Below are positions 49,236 through 58,503 of a stretch of DNA of 64,000 nucleotides, in pieces. This DNA comes from Sedimentisphaeraceae bacterium JB056 (lineage in GTDB: Bacteria > Planctomycetota > Phycisphaerae > Sedimentisphaerales > Sedimentisphaeraceae), in NCBI GenBank assembly GCA_044440125.1, contig JBITAJ010000021.1:247948-311947 (forward strand). The letters run 5' to 3'. How positions within the stretch are numbered: position 1 is the stretch's first letter; every line of letters starts with the position of its first letter. The position numbers and the translations under genes are program-made. The notes below the pieces were generated by a model. That model was given only the letters and a program-made list of their open reading frames with translations, searched no databases and was not told where the DNA came from.

Positions 49236-50675
49236 ATGACGCTGACAATAGTTCTCATACTAACATCAGTAACCGTTTTGCTTATCCTGATTAGTGGAGC
49301 TTTGGTACTCCTGCTCAACAAGAACAATAGTCGCCTATCGCAATACGCCTCTGAAAACAATCTCTTAAACGAGAAATGTACTAATTTGGAACAAGCCGTT
49401 GACAATCTCAAAGAAAAAGAATCTGAGAATACTCAGCTGAAAACTGAAAACGCAAGGCTCTGTACTCAACTCGAAGACCGTCTGCAGCTAAAAGAACAGG
49501 TTGAAAAATATCGTCAGGAAATTAATTCGCTTGGCAGCCAAAACTCTGCTCTTAAGACAACAATAGAGCAGCAGCAAAAGGCAATAGATGAAAAGATTAA
49601 ACTTCTTGAGACGGCGGAGAGTAAGTTTAAGGATGTTTTCCAGTCTCTATCTGCCGAAGTATTGAAATCAAGCAGTACGCAATTCCTTGAGCTTGCCAGA
49701 CAGAATCTTGAGAAGTATCAGAATGATGCCAAGCTCGACCTCGAAAAACGGCATATCAAATTCGACCAGTTGATAAAGCCTATAACGGAAACACTCGGCA
49801 GCGTTGACAAAAAAATAGCCGAAGTCGAAAAAGAAAGGCAATCATCGTTCCGTGTTCTTGATGAGCAGATAAAATCATTGAAGACATCGGAAGACATGCT
49901 CAAAAATGAAACATCAAATCTTGTCAATGCCCTTCGACGCCCTACTGTCCGTGGACGATGGGGTGAAATGCAGCTTCGCAAAGTCGTTGAGATGGCAGGA
50001 ATGGTCAAATACTGCGATTTTGTAGAGCAATTTTCAGGTGACTCTATCAGGCCTGACATGATAATTAATCTGCCAAACTGCAGAAGCATAATAATAGATG
50101 CCAAGACTCCGTTGGAAGCCTACCTGAATTCAGTTGAGGCTACGGATGAAACCCGCCGTGAACATTACCTCAGCGAGCACGCAAGACATGTCCACAACCA
50201 TATGAAAGCTCTTGGAACAAAATCTTACTGGCAGCAGTTTGATCAAAGCCCTGAGTTTGTAGTAATGTTCCTGCCAGGTGAAATGTTCTTTAGCGCCGCC
50301 TTGGAAAAAATGCCCCAACTCATAGAAAAGGGTATAGAAAGCAAAGTAATACTATCTACACCGACAACTTTGATCGCCCTGCTTCAGTCAGTTGCTTATG
50401 GATGGCGGCAGGAACAGCTTGCCGAAAATGCAAAAAAGATAAGCGATTTAGGCAAAAACCTCTACGAACGTCTCAACACCCTCACCGGCCACTTTAGCAC
50501 TGTAGGCAAAAGTCTGGATAGAGCTACCGATTCGTATAACAAAGCGGTGGGTTCTCTCGAAACCAGAGTTCTTGTTGCCGCAAGGAAATTCGAAGAACTC
50601 GGCACAGGCAATGAAGGCACATTAAAATCACCCACTGTAGTAGAAAACAGACCGAGAGATCTTTCAGAGTCATAA
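49236..50675 (+). CDS. rmuC: DNA recombination protein RmuC
   Basis: TM anchor, coiled coil, RGRWGEMQL, RPD, IDAK, FVVMFLPGE, TPTTL. Confidence 0.95.
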   Translation: MTLTIVLILTSVTVLLILISGALVLLLNKNNSRLSQYASENNLLNEKCTNLEQAVDNLKEKESENTQLKTENARLCTQLEDRLQLKEQVEKYRQEINSLGSQNSALKTTIEQQQKAIDEKIKLLETAESKFKDVFQSLSAEVLKSSSTQFLELARQNLEKYQNDAKLDLEKRHIKFDQLIKPITETLGSVDKKIAEVEKERQSSFRVLDEQIKSLKTSEDMLKNETSNLVNALRRPTVRGRWGEMQLRKVVEMAGMVKYCDFVEQFSGDSIRPDMIINLPNCRSIIIDAKTPLEAYLNSVEATDETRREHYLSEHARHVHNHMKALGTKSYWQQFDQSPEFVVMFLPGEMFFSAALEKMPQLIEKGIESKVILSTPTTLIALLQSVAYGWRQEQLAENAKKISDLGKNLYERLNTLTGHFSTVGKSLDRATDSYNKAVGSLETRVLVAARKFEELGTGNEGTLKSPTVVENRPRDLSES

Positions 50676-50790
50676 TTCTGTAGAATACTCTTAGAAGCAA
50701 TTTGACTTTTTAAGAATAATATTGTAATATTATTTCAGAATTGGAGAATGAGTTTTACGCTCAATGAAATAATTAATGTAGGAGAAAATC

Positions 50791-52410
50791 ATGCGCAGTC
50801 AGTACCGTCTTATGCTTGCGGTATTCTTTTTGGCCGGTTTTGCAACTGTAAAGGCAGAAAATGAAGTAACAAAATGGAACGAATTAACTCTGCAGATAAT
50901 CAAAGAAGCAGTAGTAAGTCCACCTAAAACCTCAAGAGACCTTGCAATAGTACACACATCAATTTATGACTCAGTAAATTCAATAGAACAAACATACACG
51001 CCTATATATGCACCTTGGCAACCGGATGCTGAATCACTCAACAAAGATGTAGCAATTGCAGCGGCTGCTCACAGGGCTTTATCATTACTTTATCCGGCTT
51101 TCCAAACAACACTTGACACTGCACTGACAGAAACAATCAACGCCCAGACTTCGCAAGACTACATTACTGAATCTTTGGCTCTCGGAGAAAACGTAGCCGA
51201 TATTATAATCGCATGGCGAAACACTGACGGGTGGGATTCTGAATCTGACTATACCTATGATGACACAACCTTAGGAAAATGGCGGCCTACGCCACCGAAT
51301 TACGCTCCTCCTCTTGAACCACAATGGGGTGACGTCGAACCCTTTGCGATTGATGATGCAAATAATTTTATGCCGCCGGCCCCACCAGCCTTAACTAGCC
51401 CTGAATATGCCGTTGCATTAAATGAGGTAAAAGACCTCGGTGCTATCGACAGTACTACAAGAACAGCAGATCAAGATGAAATCGCTGAATTCTGGAATGA
51501 TTTTCCCGGCAACACTGCTGCACCCGCAGGAAAATGGAACTCAATTACCCAGGAAGTCATTACACAATTTAATCTTTCACTTATAGAGACAGCAAGACTT
51601 TTCGCACTGCTTAATCTCTCGCTTGCCGATGCAGGCACTGTATCCTGGAAAGCTAAATATGAGTATGACCTCTGGCGCCCCATTGATGCAATAAGGCTTG
51701 CTGATACAGAGGGCAATCCATATACGACTGCCGATCTTGACTGGGAACCAAACTGGCCTACACCACCATTCCCTGAGTATGTATCCGGTCATAGCACATT
51801 CAGCTCTTCAGGGGCAAAAATGTTGGAACTGATTTTAGGGACAAATCAAATTTCATTTACAATCTCAGCTGGTTTCGATGTTTTACCCGGAGTCACCCGC
51901 TCTTACACAAGCCTATGGCAGGCAGCTGAAGAAGCTGGAATGAGCAGGATATATGGTGGAATACATTTTCAGTTTGGAAATATTGAAGGGCTCAACTGCG
52001 GAGAGAATATATCAATAGATGTTCACGACAATTGGTGTCTTGATAAACCTTGCGATCTCAACAGAGATGCGAGCATAGATTACTCAGACATTATTCATAT
52101 GGGTACAGAGTGGTTAGCGATAAACGACAGGAACGACAAAGTTTTTTCTGACATAAACTATGATGGCCAAGTTGATTATATCGATTTCATTTTATTATCA
52201 AAAAAGCTTCAATGGCAAGTAAATACGACAGACCTCAAGGAAAATACAATAGTCAGCCAGAAGGAAATCAGTAAATTGTCGGATGATTTGCTAACAAACG
52301 AACCAGCAATAATCGGAGACATTAATAGCGATAACATTGTAAATATTGCTGATTATTCAATATTTGCACAGAATTGGCTGTCAGATTCATCAGCAGCATT
52401 AATCGTATAA
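50791..52410 (+). CDS. Secreted vanadium-dependent haloperoxidase/PAP2-family protein with dockerin-like tail
   Basis: Signal peptide; KYEYDLWRP, PPFPEYVSGHS, SRIYGGIHF; three D(L/I)NxDxx(I/V)(D/N) EF-hand-like motifs. Confidence 0.85.
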   Translation: MRSQYRLMLAVFFLAGFATVKAENEVTKWNELTLQIIKEAVVSPPKTSRDLAIVHTSIYDSVNSIEQTYTPIYAPWQPDAESLNKDVAIAAAAHRALSLLYPAFQTTLDTALTETINAQTSQDYITESLALGENVADIIIAWRNTDGWDSESDYTYDDTTLGKWRPTPPNYAPPLEPQWGDVEPFAIDDANNFMPPAPPALTSPEYAVALNEVKDLGAIDSTTRTADQDEIAEFWNDFPGNTAAPAGKWNSITQEVITQFNLSLIETARLFALLNLSLADAGTVSWKAKYEYDLWRPIDAIRLADTEGNPYTTADLDWEPNWPTPPFPEYVSGHSTFSSSGAKMLELILGTNQISFTISAGFDVLPGVTRSYTSLWQAAEEAGMSRIYGGIHFQFGNIEGLNCGENISIDVHDNWCLDKPCDLNRDASIDYSDIIHMGTEWLAINDRNDKVFSDINYDGQVDYIDFILLSKKLQWQVNTTDLKENTIVSQKEISKLSDDLLTNEPAIIGDINSDNIVNIADYSIFAQNWLSDSSAALIV

Positions 52411-52422
52411 ATAGCGTAAAAC

Positions 52423-52451
52423 TTGACTTTACCTTAATGATATAGTATTAT
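52423..52451 (+). promoter_or_regulatory. Putative sigma70 promoter of the second haloperoxidase paralogue
   Basis: TTGACT-17-TATTAT; a similar TTGACT-17-TAATAT precedes the first paralogue at 50702-50730. Confidence 0.5.
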
Positions 52452-52494
52452 GAAGGTTTATTAATTAAATTCTATCATCACAATAATTTAATGG

Positions 52495-53940
52495 GTGTAC
52501 GTTATGAATAGAAGATATTGGTTGTTTGTGTCATTCTGCATTTCGTTAATTACATGGGCTGATGCTATAGCGGAAGACGAAGTCATCAGATGGAATCAGC
52601 AAGCCGTTGTAACAATGAAAGATGCCGCATCGAGTCCCCCCAAGGCATCAAGAGACCTTGCAATAATACATGTTGCGATTTTTGACGCATTGAATTCAAT
52701 AGACAAACTTTACACTCCCATCTATGCTCCATGGCAGCCTTACAGCGAACCTATTGACCCCAATGTTGTCATTGCAGCCGCTGCTAAACGAACCTTAAGC
52801 GAGCTTTACCCTGCATTCACATCAGATTTCAATGATCTCATGGCAGTTACATTGAGCACAGCCGAGTCAGCTATTGCTGCGGATAATGCCATAGCTTTGG
52901 GAGAAAGTGTAGCTGATATAATACTTGCATGGAGAGCAACTGACGGCTGGGACGCCGAGTCCGATTACGTATACGATGATACAATTCCCGGTAATTGGAG
53001 GCCGTCGCTTCCAAATTACGATCCTCCTATAGAACCTCAATGGGCTGATCTATTACCATTTGGCATGAGCGACGTTAATCTTTATATGCCTCCGCCGCCG
53101 CCTGCTCTTGACAGTCTTGAATATGCCGATGCCTTCAATGAAGTGAAATACATCGGAAGCTCAGATGATTCAGTAAGAACTGATGATCAAAACCAGATCA
53201 CTGAATTTTGGAATGATTTTCCCGGTACAACCGCTTCTCCTGCAGGAAAATGGAACATTATAGCACAGGTTATTACCGACCAGTTCAATCTGAATCTTAT
53301 AGATAATGCAAGGGCATTTGCATTGGTCAACATTGCATTGGCTGATGCAGGCATTATTGCATGGAGATCAAAATATGTTTACGACTTATGGCGCCCCATT
53401 GATGCCATAAGGCTTGCCGATACAGATGGTAATCCCGAAACAATCGCCGATCCCAACTGGCTTCCAAGCTGGCCTTCGCCGGCATTTCCTGAATACGTCT
53501 CAGGCCATAGCACATTCAGTGCAGCCGGTGCCGAAATGCTTGCAAGTATAGTTGGAACTAATGATGTAAATTTCTCTGTGTCAGTAGGCTTTGGTGTACT
53601 GCCGGGTGTATACAGATCATTCGACACAATATGGGCTGCGGCCGAAGAAGCCGGACAAAGCCGTATTTACGGCGGAATTCACTTCCAATTTGCTAACATT
53701 GAAGGCCTCAACAGTGGTCAAGACATCTCCGTTGATCTTTACGACCAATACTGCCTCAACAATCCTTGTGACCTCAATCGAGACAACACTGTAGATTTCT
53801 CCGATTTTGTATTCTTATGCGAAGACTGGATGTATATCGAAGCTGACAGCCAGCGAATCTCATCAGATATAAACTACGACAGATGCGTCGACTACATCGA
53901 CTTTGCAATACTTGCAGAAACCCTTATAAATCACAATTAA
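52495..53940 (+). CDS. Secreted vanadium-dependent haloperoxidase/PAP2-family protein with dockerin-like tail (tandem paralogue)
   Basis: KYVYDLWRP, PAFPEYVSGHS, SRIYGGIHF; DLNRD..VD and DINYD..VD motifs; ATG start may be 52504. Confidence 0.85.
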   Translation: MYVMNRRYWLFVSFCISLITWADAIAEDEVIRWNQQAVVTMKDAASSPPKASRDLAIIHVAIFDALNSIDKLYTPIYAPWQPYSEPIDPNVVIAAAAKRTLSELYPAFTSDFNDLMAVTLSTAESAIAADNAIALGESVADIILAWRATDGWDAESDYVYDDTIPGNWRPSLPNYDPPIEPQWADLLPFGMSDVNLYMPPPPPALDSLEYADAFNEVKYIGSSDDSVRTDDQNQITEFWNDFPGTTASPAGKWNIIAQVITDQFNLNLIDNARAFALVNIALADAGIIAWRSKYVYDLWRPIDAIRLADTDGNPETIADPNWLPSWPSPAFPEYVSGHSTFSAAGAEMLASIVGTNDVNFSVSVGFGVLPGVYRSFDTIWAAAEEAGQSRIYGGIHFQFANIEGLNSGQDISVDLYDQYCLNNPCDLNRDNTVDFSDFVFLCEDWMYIEADSQRISSDINYDRCVDYIDFAILAETLINHN

Positions 53941-53984
53941 AATTGGACTCACACTACAAGTAAAAAGGATATATACTATAGGCA

Positions 53985-56030
53985 TCAGATCGACTCTGAC
54001 ACCTGTTCCTCGTCACCAGTTGAATCTGATGCTGTGATAACTTTAGAGAAGCTCCAGCCAAGACCCACAACAATTATTATAGCCACTACAGTCAATATTA
54101 TATACGATACTCCCGACAAGGTTTCCGAAACAGGAGCCTTTTCTTTATCTGACAATATCATATCAGATGCCCTCACAAGAAGCCCCGTCAAAGCCGCACC
54201 CATTCCAAGTAAACAAAGCACACCGCAATGACCATAGGTAATATTCGGAAGCTTATTGGTATTGTAATGAGCAACTATATATTTATTGGAAACTAAAGAC
54301 AATATCAACCCAATAGCAATAATAACGATAAACAAAGTAACGGCAAACGGTGTATGCGAATTGCTAAACAAGAACCATAGCCCCGCAATAAACACAATAA
54401 AACTGACAGGATAGCGAATAGGCATATTTTTATCATATTTCAGGCTTCGCGAGTATTTAGCCCCCAATCCATGATCCATATCGTTGGATTTCACAAATGT
54501 AATTACTACAGAAGCCACAAATACAATCACGGTAACAAGCATAGATACGAATCTGTCAATCGCAAATCCCCCCCCTTCGGCTTTAAAAAGACCTCCGGAC
54601 CTATTGATATCATCGTATAGATTCCAGAAGAAAAGCATCCCAAGCAGTGTCGGCAGAACAAACCTTACAGCGATATCCCACCAGAAACCAATACGCCAGT
54701 CACTTCGGGCATTCGAATGATTTCTAAGTATATCAAGTCGGTAGTACCAGCCCAAAACAAGGCACTCAAGAAGCCCGAGAAATGATATTCCCCACGTACC
54801 GTTAACAATACCGTCAAATACGCCAACCCAGTTCAGGCCGCCCGATGTAATGTATACCATGCTGCTCAAAAGCCCTACTACCGTTATTATAGGCAGAACG
54901 ACCGACCTTTTAAGCCCTGTTTTGTCTACTATCCCTGCCAAAGCTGTCTCGGTAATAGAAAAAGCCGAATCAATTCCCAGCGTTATCAGCGCAAGGAAGA
55001 AGAAAAAGCTGAACCAGGCCGAATAAGGAAGCTGAGCAAGTGCGTATGGGAATGCTATAAATGCAAGCGAAACGCCCTTGTCGGCTATCTTATCAACTGG
55101 TATGGGATTACCTGCCTGAGCGGTAACAAACGCCATACCGCCCAATGTAGCAAAAATCGCAACACCGGCAATAAAACTGGTAGCAAAATCGGATAGTGAG
55201 ATTATCAAGGCGTTGTTGTTCAGGTCACTCTTTTTGTGTAGGAAACTCGAATAAGTAATCATCGTTCCATACGCAAGACTCATCGAGAAAAATACCTGCC
55301 CGAAAGCAAATCTCCATGTTATAGGCTTTGCAAGCTCTGACCATGTCGGAGTAAGATAATAAGCAAGCCCGGAAACACTGCCCTCAAGAGTAAGACCTCT
55401 CACAGTAAGCACTAACAGCAAAAGCCACGGAATAGGAACCGTAAACCAGACAATTTTCCCAACAAGATTAACACCCTTGAATATCGCCAAATGCATAAGT
55501 ATCCATGTGATAACAAGTGGAATCGCTATCTGCCATTGAATACTGCCAAGCGAAAAACCTTCCTTGTAATGCAGATAATCATCAAAAAAGAATTCACGGG
55601 CAACTTTAACACCTTCAAGCCCTTGAGCGGCCCAGGGCAATTCTCCACCATTAAATATACCGACAATACTGTACCAGAAATAAGTAAAACAGTAGGCAAG
55701 TATAACAGGATAAAAAGTGATTATTATCCAGCACATCCCGACACCAAGCCAGCCTAATGTCTCAAAAGGCTTACCGCATCTGCGAAAAGCATTAGGTGCT
55801 GCTCTTTGGGTAAAATGCCCCATTGAAAATTCAAGAATAAGAATCGGAAGCCCAACAACAAAGAGGGCTATAATGTAAGGTATCAGGAACGCACCGCCGC
55901 CATAACTGTATATCTTATAAGGGAATCCCCAAAGATTGCCCAGTCCAACCGCCGAGCCTATCGCCGCCAGTATGAAACCGCCTCTACTTCCCCAATTTTC
56001 TCGTTGTTCAAGTAACTCTGCCATTTTCAA
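53985..56030 (-). CDS. Sodium-dependent transporter, NSS/SNF family, with C-terminal membrane extension
   Basis: RENW.SR..FILAAIGSAVGLGNLW.FP...GGGAFL.PY; GQVFFS.S. Confidence 0.92.
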   Translation of the reverse strand: MKMAELLEQRENWGSRGGFILAAIGSAVGLGNLWGFPYKIYSYGGGAFLIPYIIALFVVGLPILILEFSMGHFTQRAAPNAFRRCGKPFETLGWLGVGMCWIIITFYPVILAYCFTYFWYSIVGIFNGGELPWAAQGLEGVKVAREFFFDDYLHYKEGFSLGSIQWQIAIPLVITWILMHLAIFKGVNLVGKIVWFTVPIPWLLLLVLTVRGLTLEGSVSGLAYYLTPTWSELAKPITWRFAFGQVFFSMSLAYGTMITYSSFLHKKSDLNNNALIISLSDFATSFIAGVAIFATLGGMAFVTAQAGNPIPVDKIADKGVSLAFIAFPYALAQLPYSAWFSFFFFLALITLGIDSAFSITETALAGIVDKTGLKRSVVLPIITVVGLLSSMVYITSGGLNWVGVFDGIVNGTWGISFLGLLECLVLGWYYRLDILRNHSNARSDWRIGFWWDIAVRFVLPTLLGMLFFWNLYDDINRSGGLFKAEGGGFAIDRFVSMLVTVIVFVASVVITFVKSNDMDHGLGAKYSRSLKYDKNMPIRYPVSFIVFIAGLWFLFSNSHTPFAVTLFIVIIAIGLILSLVSNKYIVAHYNTNKLPNITYGHCGVLCLLGMGAALTGLLVRASDMILSDKEKAPVSETLSGVSYIILTVVAIIIVVGLGWSFSKVITASDSTGDEEQVSESI

Positions 56031-56181
56031 TGTCTCGCAACTAAAACTCTATCAGGAAGCAACAACTCTCCCAATTTTGATGCGTCCGACAAAAGTTGAT
56101 AAACGTCCAATTAACCCTTGATATCTGATTAAAATCGCAGATTTAATCAGCAACGATTGACTTTTGTCAGTTTCGCCAATT

Positions 56182-56961
56182 TTAACTAATATGAAGAAGA
56201 TCTATGCTGTTTCTGTTTATCATATTCCTCACCTTATCAAGAGGCACAAGCGGAAGTTTAGTATCAGAAATAGATCTGTTAAAACCAAGCAGCGACTCCA
56301 TGCACTCATACATAGATGACTCAGGATAATTACTGCAGAAAAGGAACTTGTCAAGAGCGTCTGCCTCTGCCGCACTTACCAGAACGTTATATACCGACCA
56401 CATTTTCGTCGGATTTATGGCAAGCGTTGCATAGACATTGGTATTCTTAGACAAAACTGCAATAGTCTGGTGGATGAAAGGACGGCCTGCATTACCGATA
56501 ATTATCTTGAGATCGGGAAAAGTCCTTGCCACTTCATCAATAAGATAAGGCTGAGCATACTCGAGAGCAGCAGTTGCAGGAAGTTTATTGCTGTTGTAGA
56601 AAAACAGAGGAACTCTCGTTCTCTGAGCCCATTCATAAAAGACAATTGCCCTCGAATCCATAGGATGCATACCATTATGGGGGCAATAAAGGGCAAGCCC
56701 CTTAACTCCTCGTTTTGAAACAAGCGACTGGGCTTCGACGCAAGGATCTTTATGTGCAATCGGATCAAAAACAGCAAAACCCATAGCCTTAGGACTCTTT
56801 TCCAAAAACTCAAGCATTACATCATTGGCTTCTGGAGTAACGGCTAAATTAGGGGCGGCAAGAAGGAAAAAGGCATCTGCCTTACCAACCGCTTCACTGA
56901 ATTCAGCAAGTTCAATCGCTGAAAGTCTGCCCGTTAGGTTAGTTTGACAATCAATTATCAT
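56182..56961 (-). CDS. Amidohydrolase_2-like TIM-barrel protein lacking canonical metal ligands
   Basis: MIIDCQTN, ...DEVARTFPDLKIIIGNAG.P, KFLFCSNYP follow the family pattern but with His/Asp replaced. Confidence 0.72.
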   Translation of the reverse strand: MIIDCQTNLTGRLSAIELAEFSEAVGKADAFFLLAAPNLAVTPEANDVMLEFLEKSPKAMGFAVFDPIAHKDPCVEAQSLVSKRGVKGLALYCPHNGMHPMDSRAIVFYEWAQRTRVPLFFYNSNKLPATAALEYAQPYLIDEVARTFPDLKIIIGNAGRPFIHQTIAVLSKNTNVYATLAINPTKMWSVYNVLVSAAEADALDKFLFCSNYPESSMYECMESLLGFNRSISDTKLPLVPLDKVRNMINRNSIDLLHIS

Positions 56962-57026
56962 CCCTGATCACCTGCGTATATAAATCCAATTAATTTCATG
57001 CGGGAAACAATCGTAAACATCCTGTA

Positions 57027-57683
57027 TTATCTCATTACCCACTTCTGAATATCGAAAACGAGCTCCTGACTCTGACGTTTTTTCTCATCACCGGGAACAT
57101 CGTAATCCAACTCAAGCGTCTTTTGAAGATAATATTTCACGGTCTCACCGTCTTTTTCAGCTTCAACAACTGATGTTTCGTTGCTCAAACCTCCAAAGAA
57201 GAATTTAACACCCTTTGCTTCAAGATCGAAATCCTTCCAAACAACAAGCAAATCAACCGAGTTATCCTCACCTTGAAGTATCATATTATCAACCTCGTCC
57301 ATTGTTTCAAGGAACGGAAAGCTGCCTTCATTCATCTTCTTAAGTGCGTCATAAATCGGCTTTGTTATACCGGTATCAGATGTTTTTATCTGCCATGTAT
57401 CGGTCATAAGCTCAAATTTAGGATAAAAAGGCACATCCTGTCCAGAATTATTTGTCATAGAAAGAACTGTGTACCAATATATCTGACTATTGCCGTCATT
57501 ATCTTTAACTGCATACTGCGCAGGATGGGTATAGACGACATCCAATGTCCAGATACCTGCCTCAGGAGCAAGGCTCGGCCTTGGTGCCGCAAATACAAAA
57601 CTTGCTGTCAATACAAACAATAAAGCAACATTTTTAAATCTCATTATCATACCTTTTATTATATCATTTATGGATAAAGACAC
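57027..57683 (-). CDS. Secreted hypothetical protein
   Basis: Signal peptide after MRFKN; 218-aa ORF with no recognised domain. Confidence 0.65.
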   Translation of the reverse strand: MSLSINDIIKGMIMRFKNVALLFVLTASFVFAAPRPSLAPEAGIWTLDVVYTHPAQYAVKDNDGNSQIYWYTVLSMTNNSGQDVPFYPKFELMTDTWQIKTSDTGITKPIYDALKKMNEGSFPFLETMDEVDNMILQGEDNSVDLLVVWKDFDLEAKGVKFFFGGLSNETSVVEAEKDGETVKYYLQKTLELDYDVPGDEKKRQSQELVFDIQKWVMR

Positions 57684-57843
57684 TTATTTACAATAATAGC
57701 CCTACATATTACAATAAATCAGCTTTCCAGTAAAGTCTTTATTGACAATATTTACTACAAATACCAACCCTATCCCCCACATTTCCCACTGTTAAACCTT
57801 TACCGCTTCCCCAACCCTGATCACCGAAAACTGGTAACTGGGT

Positions 57844-57934
57844 TAATTGATAATTGATAATTGTTAATTGTTAATTGATAACTGATAACTGATAACTGAC
57901 AACTGATAACTGATAACTGACAACTGATAACTGA
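57844..57934 (+). repeat. Heptamer tandem repeat, 13 x YAAYTGW
   Basis: TAATTGA/TAATTGT/TAACTGA/CAACTGA units counted directly; a shorter run at about 58439-58480. Confidence 0.95.
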
Positions 57935-58051
57935 TCGCTGACTGTCTGCGAACACAATCTCGTCCATCTCGTCCATTAAAGTCCGTGATTGTCCACTCTG
58001 TCCGAAAAGTCCGACTCGTCCGATATGTCTACTCCGCCCACTAAGTCTGTC

Positions 58052-58304
58052 ATCCCGTCCAATATAATCTGTCAAAAAACTTCAAGCCCTTAAATCACTT
58101 CATGGTAAAAAACAATTAGTAGTTCTTTCAATCCCTTGCACCTTACTATTGAACTATTGAACTTTTCACACATTTCCAACGTTTCCAGCTTACAGCTAAT
58201 CGCTAATTGCTAATCACTAATCGCTTACACCTAATTCCTAATTGTCCACTAATAACTAATTCCATTATGTCAATTTCGTCCATAGTGCCCATAAAAAACT
58301 TCAT
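58052..58304 (+). repeat. ~250-bp direct repeat, copy 1 (copy 2 at 62873-63132)
   Basis: Near-identical alignment with scattered substitutions, single-base indels and one extra 7-mer in copy 2. Confidence 0.93.
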
Positions 58305-58503
58305 GCCAATCAATCCACTCACGGCGAAAGCCAAATACCTGAAGCCTGAAGACTGAGGACTGCCCCCTAATCGTGTCAGTCCGTGTAAGTCAGTGAATGT
58401 CCACACTCTCATTCCCAAACCCCCTAATCACCGGATGCTAACTGTTAATTGATAACTGTTAATTGACAATTGATAACTGAATAACCCGACAAGATTACTG
58501 AAT

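Noticed and set aside
57821..58418. ORFs 57821-58075 and 58203-58418 on the minus strand
   Set aside because: They are translations of the microrepeats (for example SVISCQL repeated) and show no protein-like features.
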